DNA from: Paraphysomonas bandaiensis
Lineage: Eukaryota; Protista; Chrysophyceae
Length of the DNA: 64,000 nt
NCBI GenBank assembly: GCA_965644295.1
Contig: CBFFRP010000090.1
Span: 62,001 to 126,000, forward strand
Direction of reading: 5' to 3'
Below are positions 60,190 to 64,000 of the stretch, piece after piece. Under the pieces are notes generated by a model that searched no databases, was not told the DNA's origin, and worked only from the letters and a program-made list of their open reading frames with translations. The position numbers and the translations under genes were made by a program. Numbering within the stretch: the stretch's first letter is position 1; each line of letters begins with the position of its first letter.

Positions 60190-60860
60190 GATCCTGAAGT
60201 CAGCAGATGTCAGGTGTATCAACTTTCTGCGTGTTCACTGCATTTGCTTGAGTAATAGAGCGAAAATGGTTGAACCTCGAAGCAGGGCCTTATAACCGTT
60301 AATAGTAATGCCATTATAATTGCCGGGAACTGGACTACCGTTAATGGACCATGCTTTGGTCTTTGGTGCTTATGGTGACGCACAAGCAGTCCCGAGACGG
60401 TTGCCCGCCACCAGTAGTATATAGCAAATCTAGTTATTAGCTAGTCTATAGACATAAACTAGTTTCTGTACGCAACCGTACTCATGTAATAATCAGACTT
60501 TCATATATATGGTGACGCACAAGCAGCATTCGTAGCACTAAAAAGTAGGATATCAGAGTTAAACACTAGCAAGTTTAATTGTTTTGCTACACTAGTCCTG
60601 ACTCTTACATGCTTATTTTGATAATAACAAGACATTATTAGCAACAGGGGTCAACAACCAGGCTCTGCTGGAGAGTATCTGGAGAATGTCATCACTCCAA
60701 GTTGGTAGGGCCGGGTCTCGTAGTAGGTCCCGGAGTCTTCTTGTGTCTCTGAAAGGCTGATTCTCGTATCTGTGAGATGGAGTCTTGAGGACAATCAAGA
60801 CACGTATGTTGTTTTGTTCACGTCGAGACCATGTTTTGTTTGGGTCCGATTCTTGCCAAT
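60190..60860. mobile_element. Cluster of family X tails (+ strand), a hAT terminal remnant (60283-60350) and a LINE ORF fragment (- strand, 60640-60860)
   Basis: ggtgacgcacaagcag hairpins at about 60375 and 60511; cagggcc..aaccgttaat...attgccgggaactggactacc; TPSHRYENQPFRDTRR matches TPSHRYENPPFRDTRR at about 47830. Confidence 0.7.
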
Positions 60861-61504
60861 GCCTGAATGGTGTGTGCGTCGATTACCGCGTAGTGCCTAA
60901 TTTCCTCGCTGATGCCCCTAATGACATCCTTGCCCATGCTCAGACTGTGGCGTTCGATGCATGAAATGAAAGAGGATGTGGAATGTGGAACTACACCGTG
61001 TTGGAAAATACATAACTGAAAAATACTTTCACTCTATGCTGATATTATATGTTAGAGACATATAGGAACATATAGCAACATATCGTAACACATAATAAAC
61101 TTATGATCAATACAACTTATCAATCACTTAAATTCATCCAATACGAATTGAAATATGCTTGCATCCGGCCGCAACTGTCGATTAGCTTTCAGAAACAACA
61201 GTTTAGCTGAATTTTTACAATATATTGTTCCCTATCCCTGACTCAATTCATGTTGATTCAACTACCTATCACTACAAAAAACATGGAGCAGTGACAAAAA
61301 AAAGTCAAAATATTCGGCGTAAAAATTCAATGTAGCTATCATGAGCCGCATCATTCTAACATATAACTAGTCTATCATAGTCATGCCTCATGGCATTGGT
61401 AAAAGCAATTCTACATACAAGTCCAGCCACACTCAAAGAAGAAGAAAATATTACAAATTAAATTAACACAATAATACCATTATATGTGTTCTGAAAGTGA
61501 ATTG

Positions 61505-62032
61505 CTACCGACGAGCGAGAATAGGGCACAAGAAAAATACATTAGCCAACCGTATGGGTTCCGCAAATTCATTCAAAAATAGCGCTACAGCAAATGTTCC
61601 AATGCGTGGGTTTTGCTCTATTGAAGCTCTAATTGATGTCGATTTGTCACCAGAGTCTGGAAGATATTCAATTGCCTACACAGATATCATCAGGCTGATA
61701 AAGTACAATGGTTTATAAAATACCTTGTTCAATAACTCCGAGTAACTGAAGCCAATTAATGAGCAGTCAAACATACCGCTATCCAAACCAAAAAACAGTA
61801 TTCCTAATGTGGTTAAATACGTCCCTGCGTACACGCCAATAGCAATGTATCCATACTTGGACCACATTTCAGAAATATTTTTCTTCATATCGGAGAGTGT
61901 GTATGATTTATGTCTGCGCTGTGTGTGTGCTGTGCAGCTGGCCTGAATTAACGTCCCTCCTATAGAACTGTGACCACTGCCTCGTAAAGCACGTCCCATA
62001 CGACAGGCGTGTAAACACTGTCGAGTTAACAT
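61505..62032 (-). CDS. DUF1279/FAM210-like mitochondrial membrane protein (2 exons)
   Basis: Presequence-like N-terminus; KYGYIAIGVYAGTYLTTLGILFFGLDSG; second exon GTFAVALFLNEFAEPIRLA...PILARR*. Confidence 0.75.
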
Positions 62033-62498
62033 TTTCAATAACTAAACTAAGCTATCGATATCGGACTAATGAGTGTCTCATATCGTGGCTGTTTCTACTA
62101 GGAAACCTACATATACATACACATATAGCCCCTATACCATATACACACATACTGCTGTGCATACTGCACATCCTACCTGCCGACATACATACATACATAC
62201 ACAGTAGATCGGAGACATCGTACAGTATATATGTACAGTATACAGTATATACGGAAGGACAGAATACACTGTACTATTCTGGAAGCATCTTCACACTGCT
62301 GTACATATACACATACATCTATATACGTACAGTGCTGTACATCTACCACAGATATGAGCCGTGTAGCTGTATATACACACACACTGCCGCTCAGTGGTCT
62401 TGAAACGACATATTGATATAGTTTGACGGGAGTCAGTAATAGTCAACGTACTTTAACTACAGCGTGATTTCTGTTATACTTTGTGAGTGTTTTAAAGA

Positions 62499-63711
62499 AT
62501 GTCAGACGAAAGATTCGATGGAATGTTCTTGACTATAGCGCAGCAAGCGCAGGGCATAGAGCCATTGCTCGATAACTTATTCTCCTTTCTACGAAGAAAA
62601 ACAGATTTCTTTGTTGGAGCATCTCCTCAGCATGTGGAAGAATTGGTGAATATCGATAACCACCTTTAATTTGAAACTAACCGACAGATTGGACAGGTGA
62701 TGAAGGTCATCAAGAAACACGCTGCATTGTCAGCCCAAACCGAAGCTGAGAAGCAAAAGGAGCGCGAAAAAGAAGAGAGAAAACGAAAAGAAAGGCTTGC
62801 CAAGAAGAAAAAGGTGAATGACTTAATTAATCTTCTCCTTATTTTGCAAATTTTGTCATTGTTTTGTTGTGATTGTGAGTAGGAAGAGGAGGAGGAAATT
62901 CGTCGTCACCAGGAAGCAATGAAGGCGAAGAAAGCCAAATCTGACACCACAACCCCTCCCGCTCCCCCTCAGGATGATGTTGTCGAACTTTCTGAAGATG
63001 GATCGTTTGATATTGCCTCTGCCCCATCCTCGAATAAGCCTGCTGAAGCTGTTGGTGCGGCGGAGACAGAAGCTCCTAAAGAAACGAATGATAAGGAGGG
63101 AGATGATGACGACGACGATGACTCCCCTCCACGTGAGTATATTTACACTTTTATTGACTGAACGTCGATGTGTACCTTGTTATGTTTGACCTATTGTCTG
63201 TTTAGCCGAGGGAAATGGTGGCCGCACGGATACCTATGTGTGGACTCAGACCCTGCAAGAGTTGAACGTCGTTATCGCTGTTCCTCCAGGAACCAAGACA
63301 CGCCAGGTCGTTGTAGATATCAAGAACCGCCATCTTAAGGTTGGACTTAAAGGAGAAGCGCCGATTATTGATGGCGAACTCCAGAAACGTGTGATAGTTG
63401 ATGACAGTTTCTGGACACTGGAGGATAACAAAGAGATAGCTATTAACCTGCAAAAAGACAACAAAATGGAGTGGTGGAGTTGTGTTATTCAAGGTGATCC
63501 TGAAATCAACACGAAGAAGGTTCAGCCAGAGAATAGTAAGCTGGCCGATTTGGATGGGGAGACCCGACAGACTGTAGAGAAAATGATGTATGACCAGCGT
63601 CAGAAAGCAATGGGAAAGCCTACCTCAGAGGAAGAGAAAAAGCAGGAGATGCTCAAGAAATTTATGGCAGCCCACCCTGAAATGGACTTTTCGAATGCTA
63701 AGTTTTCGTAA
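62499..63711 (+). CDS. NUDC: Nuclear migration protein NudC, multi-exon
   Basis: [11 protein letters not shown]...[12 protein letters not shown]; GNGG...YVWTQTLQE (CS/p23 domain); [29 protein letters not shown]...[12 protein letters not shown]. Confidence 0.95.
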
Positions 63712-64000
63712 AGTTGATGTTCGGTTGAATAATTGAATGAAGTGAAAATGCGAGTTTGTTTTTAGTTTAGCACATTTTCAGGGGTAGTGCAGTCATTGAA
63801 ATGTAACTGAGGCCTAGTGAGCTATACTTCTAACAAAGATGTAGTATTTCAGTAATTATTGCTATGCTAGTGACCTTACTTTTGAGTTGATAGAATGCTT
63901 TGCAGAGTTTAAATCAATTGTATGAGAAAGACTGTTTATCTTTAAGCTTCATGCATGTATGTATTTATAGTAGTATGGTAGTATGAGGGCCAAATACCCG

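Overview
Eukaryotic nuclear DNA, about 41% GC by eye, with short GT-AG introns of roughly 45-100 nt. Gene content (IFT43, a TTLL3/8-type tubulin glycylase, a CEP57-like protein, NudC, a giant IQ protein) points to a flagellated protist, probably a stramenopile (inference). About 15 host genes are present, most in head-to-head pairs with 470-680 bp spacers. Transposons occupy the other intergenic gaps: an intact, very recent Ty1/Copia element with non-canonical TA...TT termini, hAT remnants, a decayed RNase H-bearing LINE and a SINE-like family sharing its 3' tail. The most striking locus is 8194-15526. It holds two divergently transcribed, intronless genes, each encoding a mitochondrial-type presequence, an array of exact 40-aa (120-bp) helical repeats (28 and 13 units) and a C-terminal RAP domain. 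The arrays are mosaics built by repeat and half-repeat shuffling, share a 1.5-kb inverted repeat, and carry clustered substitutions at the putative base-reading positions. This looks like an actively diversifying, possibly programmable RNA-binding/cleaving family (function inferred, not shown). All calls come from reading motifs by eye; no database searches were run.
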